A DNA stretch of 64,000 nucleotides from IMG/VR virus record IMGVR_UViG_2595698880_000001, positions 17,657-81,656 of that record. The stretch is one strand, 5' to 3'. This DNA is from a virus (Duplodnaviria > Caudoviricetes). Shown one piece after another: positions 40,918-49,613 of the stretch. Below the pieces are notes generated by a model. The model searched no databases. It worked only from the letters and a program-made list of their open reading frames with translations, and was not told the origin of the DNA. Both the position numbers and the translations under genes were made by a program. Numbering within the stretch: the stretch's first letter is position 1; the number at the start of each line of letters is the position of its first letter.

Positions 40918-41412
40918 CTATTTAATCATTTCCCAATTGACCTTACGAACCTTACCGTCTTCCTTGTACCATTCCGTGTTACATTTTGTACAGAAAGCCT
41001 GATTAGTTTCTTCTGCTGGTGACTGTAAATTATGTACTCCTAATCGACGTACGTACTTGGTATCCTTACAAGTAGGGCAACGTTCAAAGTTTTTCCACTT
41101 CAGATTTTCGTATTTGAAACGTCTTTCAGTAGAAACGTCACGACTTTTGATAAAATTAGAAACTGTACTAGTCGGTAATTTTGTATCCTGGACGATTGAA
41201 TAAATACTATAACCATTTAAAAAGCGGTCAGTTATGACATCCTTCACTTCTTCAGTGAACAAAAAGCGCTTACCATTTCCAATATAATTCTTATTCATAT
41301 CAAGGTAAGTTTGAAGATCACCTTTAACTTCCTCTTCATTTTCATAATCCATATCGATCATGATGTCCTTTAAACTTTCACCTTCAGCGTACAGTTTAGC
41401 TAACTTAATCAT
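40918..41412 (-). CDS. HTH + zinc-ribbon protein
   Basis: GYSIYSIVQDTKLPTSTVSNFI HTH-like; CPTC...CTKC. Confidence 0.55.
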   Translation of the reverse strand: MIKLAKLYAEGESLKDIMIDMDYENEEEVKGDLQTYLDMNKNYIGNGKRFLFTEEVKDVITDRFLNGYSIYSIVQDTKLPTSTVSNFIKSRDVSTERRFKYENLKWKNFERCPTCKDTKYVRRLGVHNLQSPAEETNQAFCTKCNTEWYKEDGKVRKVNWEMIK

Positions 41413-41441
41413 TTAACATTTCCCCCTTGAATCAGGGGAGA

Positions 41442-42434
41442 TTATTCATCCCCTGAACTATTCATTTCTTCCATAAGTAAGCGTAGACGGTTAATTACTA
41501 ATCGTGCCTGATCCTTTGTGAGTTCTGTCGGATTGGCTATTTTACTATTGGTTGCTTCTTGCATTATCTCTACAGCACGTTCACCTGAAATGCCTAATTG
41601 GTTATTTACTAAGTCAACGATATCGTCAATCATCTTAGCTAATTCACCATCTGTCTTAATGACATTTGTTTGGCCCACTTTTTCTTTAGCGAAACCTTCA
41701 TCTTTTTGTGACATTTCGATAATCATATTTACCAGCGAACGATTGTCGAAGTTATCAATCACATCAGGCAGCAAGCTATTCCCTTTAGAATCCTTCAGAC
41801 GGTTCTTTTTCAATTGGGCCGTGTAAACACCTTTTGATTTTTCTGAAAGGATGTAGTGTACGTCTAGTTCGTGGATCAGACGTTTATCACAATCAGCTTT
41901 AATCGGATTAACTGCATCAATCTTCATAAATGTACCTTTTAGGTAGTTATCAGAAGCGTGTGCTGTAACGAATAAATGAACATCCAACTCTTTCAAGTTT
42001 TCGATGATTTCATAAAATTCATCTTTAGGTGTTTCATATTCAGTAGGTTCAAGCTTTGTTTTACCCCACTGTTTCTTCCAATAACTTTTAATTTTGTTGT
42101 ACAATACTGTACCTGACTCTAAAGCGATTGACTTAAACGGCAATTGTTGTCCTGAACGCTTGAAAGCTAACAGCTGTTGAGTAAGAGCTAAAACTTCTTG
42201 TGGATTAGATGTCTTGTACACCTTAATTCCATCGACTTCTTTAGCTAACTGACTAAAACCACTACGTTCCATATCGATAGCCCACAAAGGCTTAGGAGCG
42301 CCGTAAGCGATAGATGATGTTTTACCACTACCTGAAGGGCCGGTTAATAAAACTTTAACAGGTTCAGCACCTTGAGCAGCTGCATCCTGGAAATTATTCA
42401 TAAGGTTGAATTGATTCATGTTCATTTGGTTCAT
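41442..42434 (-). CDS. AAA_24/Sak4-like recombination ATPase
   Basis: KVLLTGPSGSGKTS, IDME, FVTAH; adjacent to SSB-like gene. Confidence 0.75.
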   Translation of the reverse strand: MNQMNMNQFNLMNNFQDAAAQGAEPVKVLLTGPSGSGKTSSIAYGAPKPLWAIDMERSGFSQLAKEVDGIKVYKTSNPQEVLALTQQLLAFKRSGQQLPFKSIALESGTVLYNKIKSYWKKQWGKTKLEPTEYETPKDEFYEIIENLKELDVHLFVTAHASDNYLKGTFMKIDAVNPIKADCDKRLIHELDVHYILSEKSKGVYTAQLKKNRLKDSKGNSLLPDVIDNFDNRSLVNMIIEMSQKDEGFAKEKVGQTNVIKTDGELAKMIDDIVDLVNNQLGISGERAVEIMQEATNSKIANPTELTKDQARLVINRLRLLMEEMNSSGDE

Positions 42435-42658
42435 TCGTACACACCAACTTCTTTTAAGATTTTATTGTATAATTTGTACATATCATTAACAACTGAATCT
42501 TCATCCTGAAGTTCTTTTTCGCTGTATGTTGCTTCTAAGTCTTTGATGAACCATTCAGCAGCAGCACCATTAATAGGTTGATAAATAATCTTCTTTTGGT
42601 GAAGAATTTCATCAATTGCAGCAAAAACCAGCAAAATTTCTTTTTTGCTTAATTCCAT
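42431..42658 (-). CDS. hypothetical protein
   Basis: 75 aa, RBS GGAGG. Confidence 0.55.
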   Translation of the reverse strand: MELSKKEILLVFAAIDEILHQKKIIYQPINGAAAEWFIKDLEATYSEKELQDEDSVVNDMYKLYNKILKEVGVYE

Positions 42659-42705
42659 CTAATTACCTCCAATTTTATTAAAGAAGGGGAATTAATCCCC
42701 TTTTG

Positions 42706-43707
42706 TTATGAGCCGAATGGAAATTGACCAGTGTATCCAGTGTCACTTCCAGGGAATTGTTGACCGCCTTGTTGTTGGTTAAAACCCTGTTGTTGTTCAA
42801 AACCAGCTTGTCCACCAAACGTTTGTTGTTGGAAGTTGTTAGCTTGCTGCTGATTGAATTGTGTTTCATTTCCTTGTGAGAAACCACCATTTTCATTTGG
42901 TGGGTTGAATCCTGGTGGTGGCCCTTGTTGTTGTTGTTGCTGCTGATTTTGGAATCCTTGTTGTTGGAATCCATTTTGTTGACCAGCGAAACCATTTGAG
43001 AAGCCGCCGCCTTCAGGAGCTTTTAACATTTTGAACTTCTTAACTTCAATACGTTCAATTTTCTCACCTGAACCTTCAGCCATACCGAATTCATCATAAG
43101 TTACATCATCTTTATTGATGTAGTAATAACCGATATCAACATTAGCACCATCAGGAGTGTTGGCGATTTGTTGGGCGATTGCTGGATCAGTAGCTTCTAA
43201 TGTAAGAACTGATGCATCAATGAAATCACCATTAGCGCGTGTTGCACGTTTTTTCTTATCTTTACGATCTGTAGCATAGAATACTAATTTGAATTGAATA
43301 CCGTCTTTCGACTGCTGCTTACCGAACATTTCACCTGATAAACGGCCTGAAACTTTATCTTCCATTTCTTCACCTTTAACAGTGATTGGTTTCTCTAACT
43401 CAACGAACGATGTGAAGTTAGTGAATGTTTTCCCTGTTGTTGTAACGAACTGACTGATTTGAGCTAATCCAGCACGTACACGCGGTTTAGGATCAGTAAT
43501 TGGAAATTCGTTGATACTAGCTTGTGCTTTGTCCAACATTGGAATGCGAAGGTTTACAGAACCGAAACCCGTTGCATTTAACAGGAAGTCCCAACCATAT
43601 TCTGTTTGATCTTGACGTAAAGCTGGTGAGCCGTATACTAGCTTACCAACTACCATTCCTAAGTTGTTATAAGCGAAATTTGGATTAAATTGTGGTACTT
43701 GATTCAT
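42706..43707 (-). CDS. single-stranded DNA-binding protein (putative)
   Basis: beta-rich N-terminus, Q/G/F-rich tail ending FPFGS, own promoter TTGACG-18-TATATT. Confidence 0.6.
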   Translation of the reverse strand: MNQVPQFNPNFAYNNLGMVVGKLVYGSPALRQDQTEYGWDFLLNATGFGSVNLRIPMLDKAQASINEFPITDPKPRVRAGLAQISQFVTTTGKTFTNFTSFVELEKPITVKGEEMEDKVSGRLSGEMFGKQQSKDGIQFKLVFYATDRKDKKKRATRANGDFIDASVLTLEATDPAIAQQIANTPDGANVDIGYYYINKDDVTYDEFGMAEGSGEKIERIEVKKFKMLKAPEGGGFSNGFAGQQNGFQQQGFQNQQQQQQQGPPPGFNPPNENGGFSQGNETQFNQQQANNFQQQTFGGQAGFEQQQGFNQQQGGQQFPGSDTGYTGQFPFGS

Positions 43708-43819
43708 AATTTTTTCTACCTCCTGATTGGTTAACTACTTTCTGATATAAATATATCATGGATAGTTTTGGTTCGTCAATAATTATTTTTCCATTTGGTT
43801 ATAAATTAGTTATAGATGG

Positions 43820-44089
43820 TCATATACTATTAAGTTGCAATTCGAAACAACGATCTAAGATGTTTGACAATTGTGATTGTGTCTTGTAAGTTTGCATACC
43901 TTCTTTTGATACATTGATAGTTAATACGTCTGAAGCGTATGTTCCACTTCTACCACGGCCTGAATGTGACATAAACATTTGGAATTCCAGGATATCACCA
44001 ACATCAATATGTTCAAAGAAATGAGCTTTTGTCTTCGCTTTGATAGCAGTAACTTTATACTGTTGACTAATTAATGGAATAACAGTCAT
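43820..44089 (-). CDS. hypothetical protein
   Basis: 89 aa, RBS GAGGTG. Confidence 0.55.
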   Translation of the reverse strand: MTVIPLISQQYKVTAIKAKTKAHFFEHIDVGDILEFQMFMSHSGRGRSGTYASDVLTINVSKEGMQTYKTQSQLSNILDRCFELQLNSI

Positions 44090-44106
44090 CCAATCACCTC
44101 ATAATT

Positions 44107-45141
44107 TTATAGTTCGTCAAATCCGTTTGCTGATCCAGCTTTCTTGTAATCATCCGGTTTACGTTCGAAGAAGTCAGTTTTCTTAGAACCTTCTGTTTCA
44201 TAATATTGAATCCAACGTAGCGGATTTGAACGATAGCCTTCAAAAATGCGTTCTTTACCAAATCCTAATTCGTTTACACGTTTGTTTGCCATGAATTTAA
44301 CGTAGTCCTGAACTTCAACAACGTTAAGCCCTTCAATTTTGTTACCAATGATGTATGAAGCCCAATTAATTTCTAATTCAGCTGCTTTTGTAAAAGTATT
44401 AATAACGAACTGTTCCATCTTTTTCTTATCAATTTGTGGATTTTCTTCTAAAACTGCTTTAAATAAGTCGCAGAAGAAACCTACATGGATTTGTTCATCA
44501 CGATTGATAAAATTAATCATCTTAGCAGTAGCTAACATCTTTTTGTTTCTTGCTAAATTGTAGAAAAACGCAAATCCACTGTAGAAGAATAGCCCTTCCA
44601 GGATAACGTCATAAACCATTGACTCAAGGAAATTCTCTACTGTCTTATCGTCGGTGAATTTTTCATAACCTTTAGCTAGGAAATCATTTCGTTCACGTAA
44701 AACTGCATCAGTACGCCAATAATCGAATGTTTTATCTTGTTGTGCGCGATTAACCAATGATGATAAAACGTAAGTATAAGATTCATTATGAACAACTTCC
44801 TGGAAAGCAAGTGTGATTAACGTTGCATTTAGTGATGAATCAGTCACATAATCAGCAATACGGCCCACATAATCGGACTGTACAGAATCTAAAAATGCAA
44901 GCAAACCGATAATTTTAAGGAAAGCTTCTTGTTCGTGATCCGTCAAATGAGGAAATTGTTTAATATCTGTACTCATATCGACTTCATCAGCGAACCATGT
45001 GTTACTAATCATTTTCTTATATTTAGTACGCGCGAATTGATAACGGATATCTGACCAATTCAGGATATTCGAACTTTCACCGTTGACAATTCCAGTTGAT
45101 TTATTTGGTGCATCTACATCGTACAATTTACGTTCTTTCAT
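44107..45141 (-). CDS. nrdB: ribonucleotide reductase class I beta subunit
   Basis: FLDSVQ, QEVVHNESY, LEGLFFYSGF, RDEQIH, TDFFE. Confidence 0.95.
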   Translation of the reverse strand: MKERKLYDVDAPNKSTGIVNGESSNILNWSDIRYQFARTKYKKMISNTWFADEVDMSTDIKQFPHLTDHEQEAFLKIIGLLAFLDSVQSDYVGRIADYVTDSSLNATLITLAFQEVVHNESYTYVLSSLVNRAQQDKTFDYWRTDAVLRERNDFLAKGYEKFTDDKTVENFLESMVYDVILEGLFFYSGFAFFYNLARNKKMLATAKMINFINRDEQIHVGFFCDLFKAVLEENPQIDKKKMEQFVINTFTKAAELEINWASYIIGNKIEGLNVVEVQDYVKFMANKRVNELGFGKERIFEGYRSNPLRWIQYYETEGSKKTDFFERKPDDYKKAGSANGFDEL

Positions 45142-45193
45142 TTAACTCTTCCTCTCTTTTTTCAAAAATAAGAAGGGGAATTAACCCCTCCTG

Positions 45194-47527
45194 TTAACTA
45201 TGACAAGATTCACATTCATCGATGACTTCTTGCGATTGACTACGTACATAATAAGTTGTCTTCAGTCTTTCTCTCCACGCTGTCATGTGTAAGTCAAGCA
45301 GCTCTTTAGCTTTGATTTCACTTGGAACATATAAGTTGAATGAAACAGCTTGGTCAATATGTTTTTGACGTGCTGCATTCTGCAAGATACTCCAATTTTG
45401 GTCAAGTACATAAGCTGTCTTGTAATACCATTGGTTAGCTGGATTAATTCCTGGTGCTGTTCTAACCACACGATATTTACCTTTTTCTTCTTGATATACT
45501 TTACGGAACACCGGATCAATACTAGCTGTTGTTCCTGCAATGATAGCTGTTGAAGAGTTAGGAGCTACAGCCATTAGGTAAGCATTTCGAATACCGTTTG
45601 TCATAACATCCTTCGCTAAATCCTCCCAACGATCAGGGAACGAAAGTTCATCCACTGTATCCCTAGCAATATAACCTTTACGAGCGAAGTATTCACCTGT
45701 TTCCCATTCAGAACCTTCGAATAATGGATATTCTTCTTTCTCTTTCGCCAATTTCATACTAGCTTTGATGGTATAATAAGCAATATCTTCGTACAAACTA
45801 TCGTTAAAATCTACTGCTTCTTGTGTTTCCCATCTGATCTTTTTCTGAACAAGTAGATCGTGTAGACCATATGTTCCTAAACCAATAGCACGGTAACGTT
45901 TGTTAGTGTATTTAGCAACAGCTAAAGGTAAATCGTTAAGATCGATAACGTTATCCAGCATACGAACCTGGATGTTAATTAATCGTTCTAACACATCATC
46001 AGTAACAGCACGAGCTAAGTTAATGGAAGACAAGTTACATACTACCATATCACCTAATACTTTTTCTTGAGTCGAACGGCCTGTTTTTAGGTCTAATTTT
46101 TCATCAAGGTAATAAGTTTGTGATTGGTTTTGTGTAATTTCTGTACATAAGTTAGAGCAGTAAATCATACCTTTATGTTTTTGTGAGTTCTCACGGTTAA
46201 CTTGGTCACGATAGAACATATATGGTGTACCTGTTTCCAATTGAGAACGCATGATACCCTTCATAATGTCAATAGCAGGAACGACACGCTTATCAATATC
46301 GTTGTTATTCACACATTCATAATAGAATTCACGGAATGAACCACTGATCTTACGATTTCCTTCTGCATCAAACTCTTCAATTTCATCAAAGTGATCTTCA
46401 ATTCGTTTGCCTGTTACTTTATAAACCTGGTGAGGATCGAATAAATACCAATCTCCACGCGATTCAACTTTCTCCATGAATAAATCAGGGATACAAACAC
46501 CGGTAAAAATGTCACGAGCGCGTTTTCTTTCATCACCTGTATTTAATCGAAGGTCAAGGAATGAGAAAATGTCTTGATGCCATACGTCTAAATAGACCGC
46601 CATTGCACCTTGACGTTGACCTAACTGATCCACACTGATAGCAGTTTCGTTAACAAGTTTAGTCCACGGTACTGTTCCACCACAAACACCTTTGAATCCT
46701 TTGATATCTGAACCTAATGAACGTACGTGGCCCATGTAAATTCCGATACCGCCGCCGTTTTTACTTAATTGAGCGATATTATCAAGTGTTCCATAGATAG
46801 CTTTAAGATCATCGCCCATTGTATCGATAAAGCAGCTTGATAACTGTCCATAGCTCTTACCAGCATTAGCTAAAGTCGGTGTAGCAACGGTCATATACAG
46901 GCTAGATAAGGCCCAATAAGCTTCTTGGACTAATGCGACACGTTGTTCAGCTTTTTCTTTAACCATCAACGTCATTGCAATAATCATAAAACGTTCTTGT
47001 GGCAATTCGTACTTATTTTTAACATGGTCAGTAGCTAAGTATTTATCTTCTAAAGCTAACAATCCTGCATAAGTGAAAAGCTTGTCCATTTCAGGATTAA
47101 TCATATCACTGAAGCGGTTAATCTCTTCTTCTGTATATTCAGCTAGAAGCCATTTAGCGTAAATACCTTCTTGAGCTAACTTTTTAATCAGGGTATATAA
47201 CGAACCATACTTTTCTTTTGGATCGTAACAACGATTTTTAGCAGCTTTCTTATAAAGATCACGTAAAAAGAATTCAGCTGATAAATATGTCCAGTCAGGT
47301 TCTTCTACTGAAGTGTTTTCACTACTAACCATAAGCATTAAGTTAGTGATTTGATCTGCTGTATATTCATCTTTGAATTGAATGTTACCAATAATACTTG
47401 CTTTGAATCGTCGTAACGATGCATCAGGGATATCAACACCTTCAGCGGCACTATCGATATATCTTTCTAAGCGGTACGGATCAAACGGTAAGCTACGAGC
47501 GCCGTTATCTTTAATGATTTGTGTCAT
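45194..47527 (-). CDS. nrdA: ribonucleotide reductase class I alpha subunit (N-terminal ATP-cone-like)
   Basis: QLSSCF, SNLCTEI, CNLSS, APNSS, KTTYY, CESC; no intein visible. Confidence 0.95.
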   Translation of the reverse strand: MTQIIKDNGARSLPFDPYRLERYIDSAAEGVDIPDASLRRFKASIIGNIQFKDEYTADQITNLMLMVSSENTSVEEPDWTYLSAEFFLRDLYKKAAKNRCYDPKEKYGSLYTLIKKLAQEGIYAKWLLAEYTEEEINRFSDMINPEMDKLFTYAGLLALEDKYLATDHVKNKYELPQERFMIIAMTLMVKEKAEQRVALVQEAYWALSSLYMTVATPTLANAGKSYGQLSSCFIDTMGDDLKAIYGTLDNIAQLSKNGGGIGIYMGHVRSLGSDIKGFKGVCGGTVPWTKLVNETAISVDQLGQRQGAMAVYLDVWHQDIFSFLDLRLNTGDERKRARDIFTGVCIPDLFMEKVESRGDWYLFDPHQVYKVTGKRIEDHFDEIEEFDAEGNRKISGSFREFYYECVNNNDIDKRVVPAIDIMKGIMRSQLETGTPYMFYRDQVNRENSQKHKGMIYCSNLCTEITQNQSQTYYLDEKLDLKTGRSTQEKVLGDMVVCNLSSINLARAVTDDVLERLINIQVRMLDNVIDLNDLPLAVAKYTNKRYRAIGLGTYGLHDLLVQKKIRWETQEAVDFNDSLYEDIAYYTIKASMKLAKEKEEYPLFEGSEWETGEYFARKGYIARDTVDELSFPDRWEDLAKDVMTNGIRNAYLMAVAPNSSTAIIAGTTASIDPVFRKVYQEEKGKYRVVRTAPGINPANQWYYKTAYVLDQNWSILQNAARQKHIDQAVSFNLYVPSEIKAKELLDLHMTAWRERLKTTYYVRSQSQEVIDECESCHS

Positions 47528-47538
47528 AATGACCTCCA

Positions 47539-47922
47539 TTATTTTGATTTTAAATAAGAAGAAGGATTAACGTCTATATGTTCATAAACCTCTTCTTCAG
47601 TTAACTTTCCTGCATCAATCAAAGTTTGAACTTTGTTCAGGTCAACGTCATCGTTACGGCACAAGTCGAGAAGTCCACGTTCAGCTAGGAAAAACTTCAG
47701 CGATTCTTTCTGCTTCTTCGTTTTTGTTTCGATCACCTGGACTCCACCGTAATTAGTTTTAGCGTATTCACCGACTGCTTCTACTTCGGTTAGGGCCAAC
47801 TTCTTGTGCTTTTCTTTCAATTTCTTAGCTGATGCTTCAAGTGATGAATAAAATCGCCATGCTTCAGCTTCACTACTGAACTCCAAACGTCCAATCGTTT
47901 CTAAAAACTCTCTTCCATTCAT
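47539..47922 (-). CDS. hypothetical protein
   Basis: 127 aa, RBS GGAGG, coupled to nrdA. Confidence 0.6.
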   Translation of the reverse strand: MNGREFLETIGRLEFSSEAEAWRFYSSLEASAKKLKEKHKKLALTEVEAVGEYAKTNYGGVQVIETKTKKQKESLKFFLAERGLLDLCRNDDVDLNKVQTLIDAGKLTEEEVYEHIDVNPSSYLKSK

Positions 47923-47966
47923 ATAAAAACCTCCATATAAGAGTCTATATGAAGATTTTACATGAA

Positions 47967-48155
47967 TTACTTAACTTTTTCCAGTATTTCTTCTTGTATT
48001 TCAGCAATAATTTGGCTAAACTTTTTAGAACCTGAACATTGGCCTGAACGGTATCCATAATAATATGTAATTACCGAACAAATTTCTCGTAAGGTTTCTT
48101 CATTTTCACCATCCAATAAACCACAAAGTTCATCAGAAACAGCATTCTTCTTCAA
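47967..48155 (-). CDS. hypothetical protein
   Basis: TTG start, RBS AAGGGGG, first gene after a sigma-A-like promoter at about 48197-48224. Confidence 0.5.
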   Translation of the reverse strand: MKKNAVSDELCGLLDGENEETLREICSVITYYYGYRSGQCSGSKKFSQIIAEIQEEILEKVK

Positions 48156-48384
48156 TAAGAAATCCCCCTTTATTGTTACTAAAAGTTACTTTATCATTAT
48201 AATACAGAATTGAAATAAAACAAGCCTTTTTATTACATTTGTGATAATTTTGAAATATTTCTCGTTTTTTTGAAATAGTACGTGCAATATTTAGATTATC
48301 GCCCATATATTAGGATTATGAAAAGGAGTTATTAACTACTTAACAACTTCTTCTCACCTACTTATTAAAAAGGAGTGATGAAGC

Positions 48385-48651
48385 TTGTCTAGCAAGTACA
48401 TCCGTAAACCTGTAGTGTTCAATCGTGAATCAGCTTGGCACATGAGTATCTTGAAACGAATTGAAGGTGAATCGAACAACTTTTCCGGTTATGTAATGTC
48501 TATCCTTAAAGAACACTTCGATACAAAATTACCACTTGAGCCAATTATTAAGTCTGATCCAGCGGAAAAAGAAAAAGAGCAACCAAAATCAGCTACTCCT
48601 TCCTACAAAAAACCCACCAATAATTTACCGCCGAAACTTTTTGGAAAATGA
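48385..48651 (+). CDS. ribbon-helix-helix-like DNA-binding protein
   Basis: RKPVVFN...NFSGYVMSIL; TTG start with AAAGGAGTG. Confidence 0.55.
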   Translation: MSSKYIRKPVVFNRESAWHMSILKRIEGESNNFSGYVMSILKEHFDTKLPLEPIIKSDPAEKEKEQPKSATPSYKKPTNNLPPKLFGK

Positions 48652-48751
48652 ATTCCTGGTACTTGCAACTTTTGAATATGAGTAGCATAAACTGTTCGTG
48701 TAATCGAATTTATGAGTGGAGCGAACAGTTTAAATACCACTTCATACCCAA

Positions 48752-48817
48752 TTAGAAGGGCCATAACCCCACCAATAAACCTGTTAAACCGATACTGATT
48801 AAGATTGCTTCCACCAT
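48752..48817 (-). CDS. 21-aa hydrophobic peptide (not in ORF track)
   Basis: MVEAILISIGLTGLLVGLWPF*, RBS AAGGGAGTG, downstream of a sigma-G promoter. Confidence 0.6.
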   Translation of the reverse strand: MVEAILISIGLTGLLVGLWPF

Positions 48818-48849
48818 CTTTAAATCACTCCCTTAATTGTTGTTGAACT

Positions 48850-48879
48850 TAGTATGTACACCTTATCCAAATCCTATTC
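48850..48879 (-). promoter_or_regulatory. sigma-G (forespore) type promoter
   Basis: GAATA-18 bp-CATACTA, exact match to B. subtilis sigma-G consensus GHATA-N18-CATACTA. Confidence 0.7.
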
Positions 48880-48898
48880 ATGAAAAGGAGAATGACAA

Positions 48899-49003
48899 AT
48901 GTTTTCATTTTTGAGTGTCGCTGGTATGTGGATTGTATGGCATACCGTTGGATTTCCTGCTTACATCAAATACATTAAAAAAATGGAGGAAAATAAAAAA
49001 TGA
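48899..49003 (+). CDS. small membrane peptide (34 aa, not in ORF track)
   Basis: RBS AAAAGGAG; MFSFLSVAGMWIVWHTVGFPAY...; ATGA overlap with next gene. Confidence 0.6.
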   Translation: MFSFLSVAGMWIVWHTVGFPAYIKYIKKMEENKK

Positions 49004-49470
49004 AAAAATATGAAGTGATCCCATTTAATGAGTTTATGTCTATGGAGAAATTTGACCTAGAAGCTATTGTGAAAAACGAATATAACCGCAAAGGCATTAA
49101 AAAGCTACAGAAGCTTTCAGTATTCTTATGGACGGTTAGCGCTTCTTTTACAGCTAAAGCAGCTTCAGCAGCAAGCACGGTTTCTACAGCAGCTAGTTCT
49201 AGTCAATCGTTCGGATTATGGTCACATACCACTGGATTATTTGGAGTATTTCAGGAAATGGCAATGGTCTTAGGAGCTTTAGCTATCTTTGGTGGACTAA
49301 TCACAATGATCTTCAAGAAACGTGCTGGTCAGAAAATAATTTTAACAGCGGCAATTGCTATCGGTGGTTGTTTCCTTGTACCATCAGCGATTATGTTAGT
49401 GGCAATTATTGGAAACATGCTTAATGATACGTTATCACAAGCGTTCTCAAGCATGACAATGGGGAGGTAG
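49000..49470 (+). CDS. VirB2/TrbC pilin-like membrane protein
   Basis: leader ending AKAASAA, two hydrophobic helices separated by KKRAGQK. Confidence 0.5.
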   Translation: MKKYEVIPFNEFMSMEKFDLEAIVKNEYNRKGIKKLQKLSVFLWTVSASFTAKAASAASTVSTAASSSQSFGLWSHTTGLFGVFQEMAMVLGALAIFGGLITMIFKKRAGQKIILTAAIAIGGCFLVPSAIMLVAIIGNMLNDTLSQAFSSMTMGR

Positions 49471-49472
49471 TC

Positions 49473-49613
49473 ATGATTAAATTCATTATTGGTTCATTCG
49501 TTGGCTTCAGTGTAGGTTTTGGTATGGCTTTATCTTACCTTGTTGAAGCTTCTGATTCATCAATGTTGATTAAAACAATTTCTATCGTGAAGGGAGTGCT
49601 TGAAGCGTTATGA
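49473..49613 (+). CDS. small membrane protein (46 aa, not in ORF track)
   Basis: RBS GGGAGG; MIKFIIGSFVGFSVGFGMAL...; ATGA overlap with ATPase. Confidence 0.65.
   Translation: MIKFIIGSFVGFSVGFGMALSYLVEASDSSMLIKTISIVKGVLEAL

Noticed and set aside
42678-42995. 105-aa alternate-frame ORF inside the SSB-like gene
   Set aside because: Artefact of CAA/CAG repeats in the Gln-rich tail; no RBS
44107-47527. Introns or inteins in nrdA/nrdB
   Set aside because: Both ORFs are continuous, of normal length and without intein motifs
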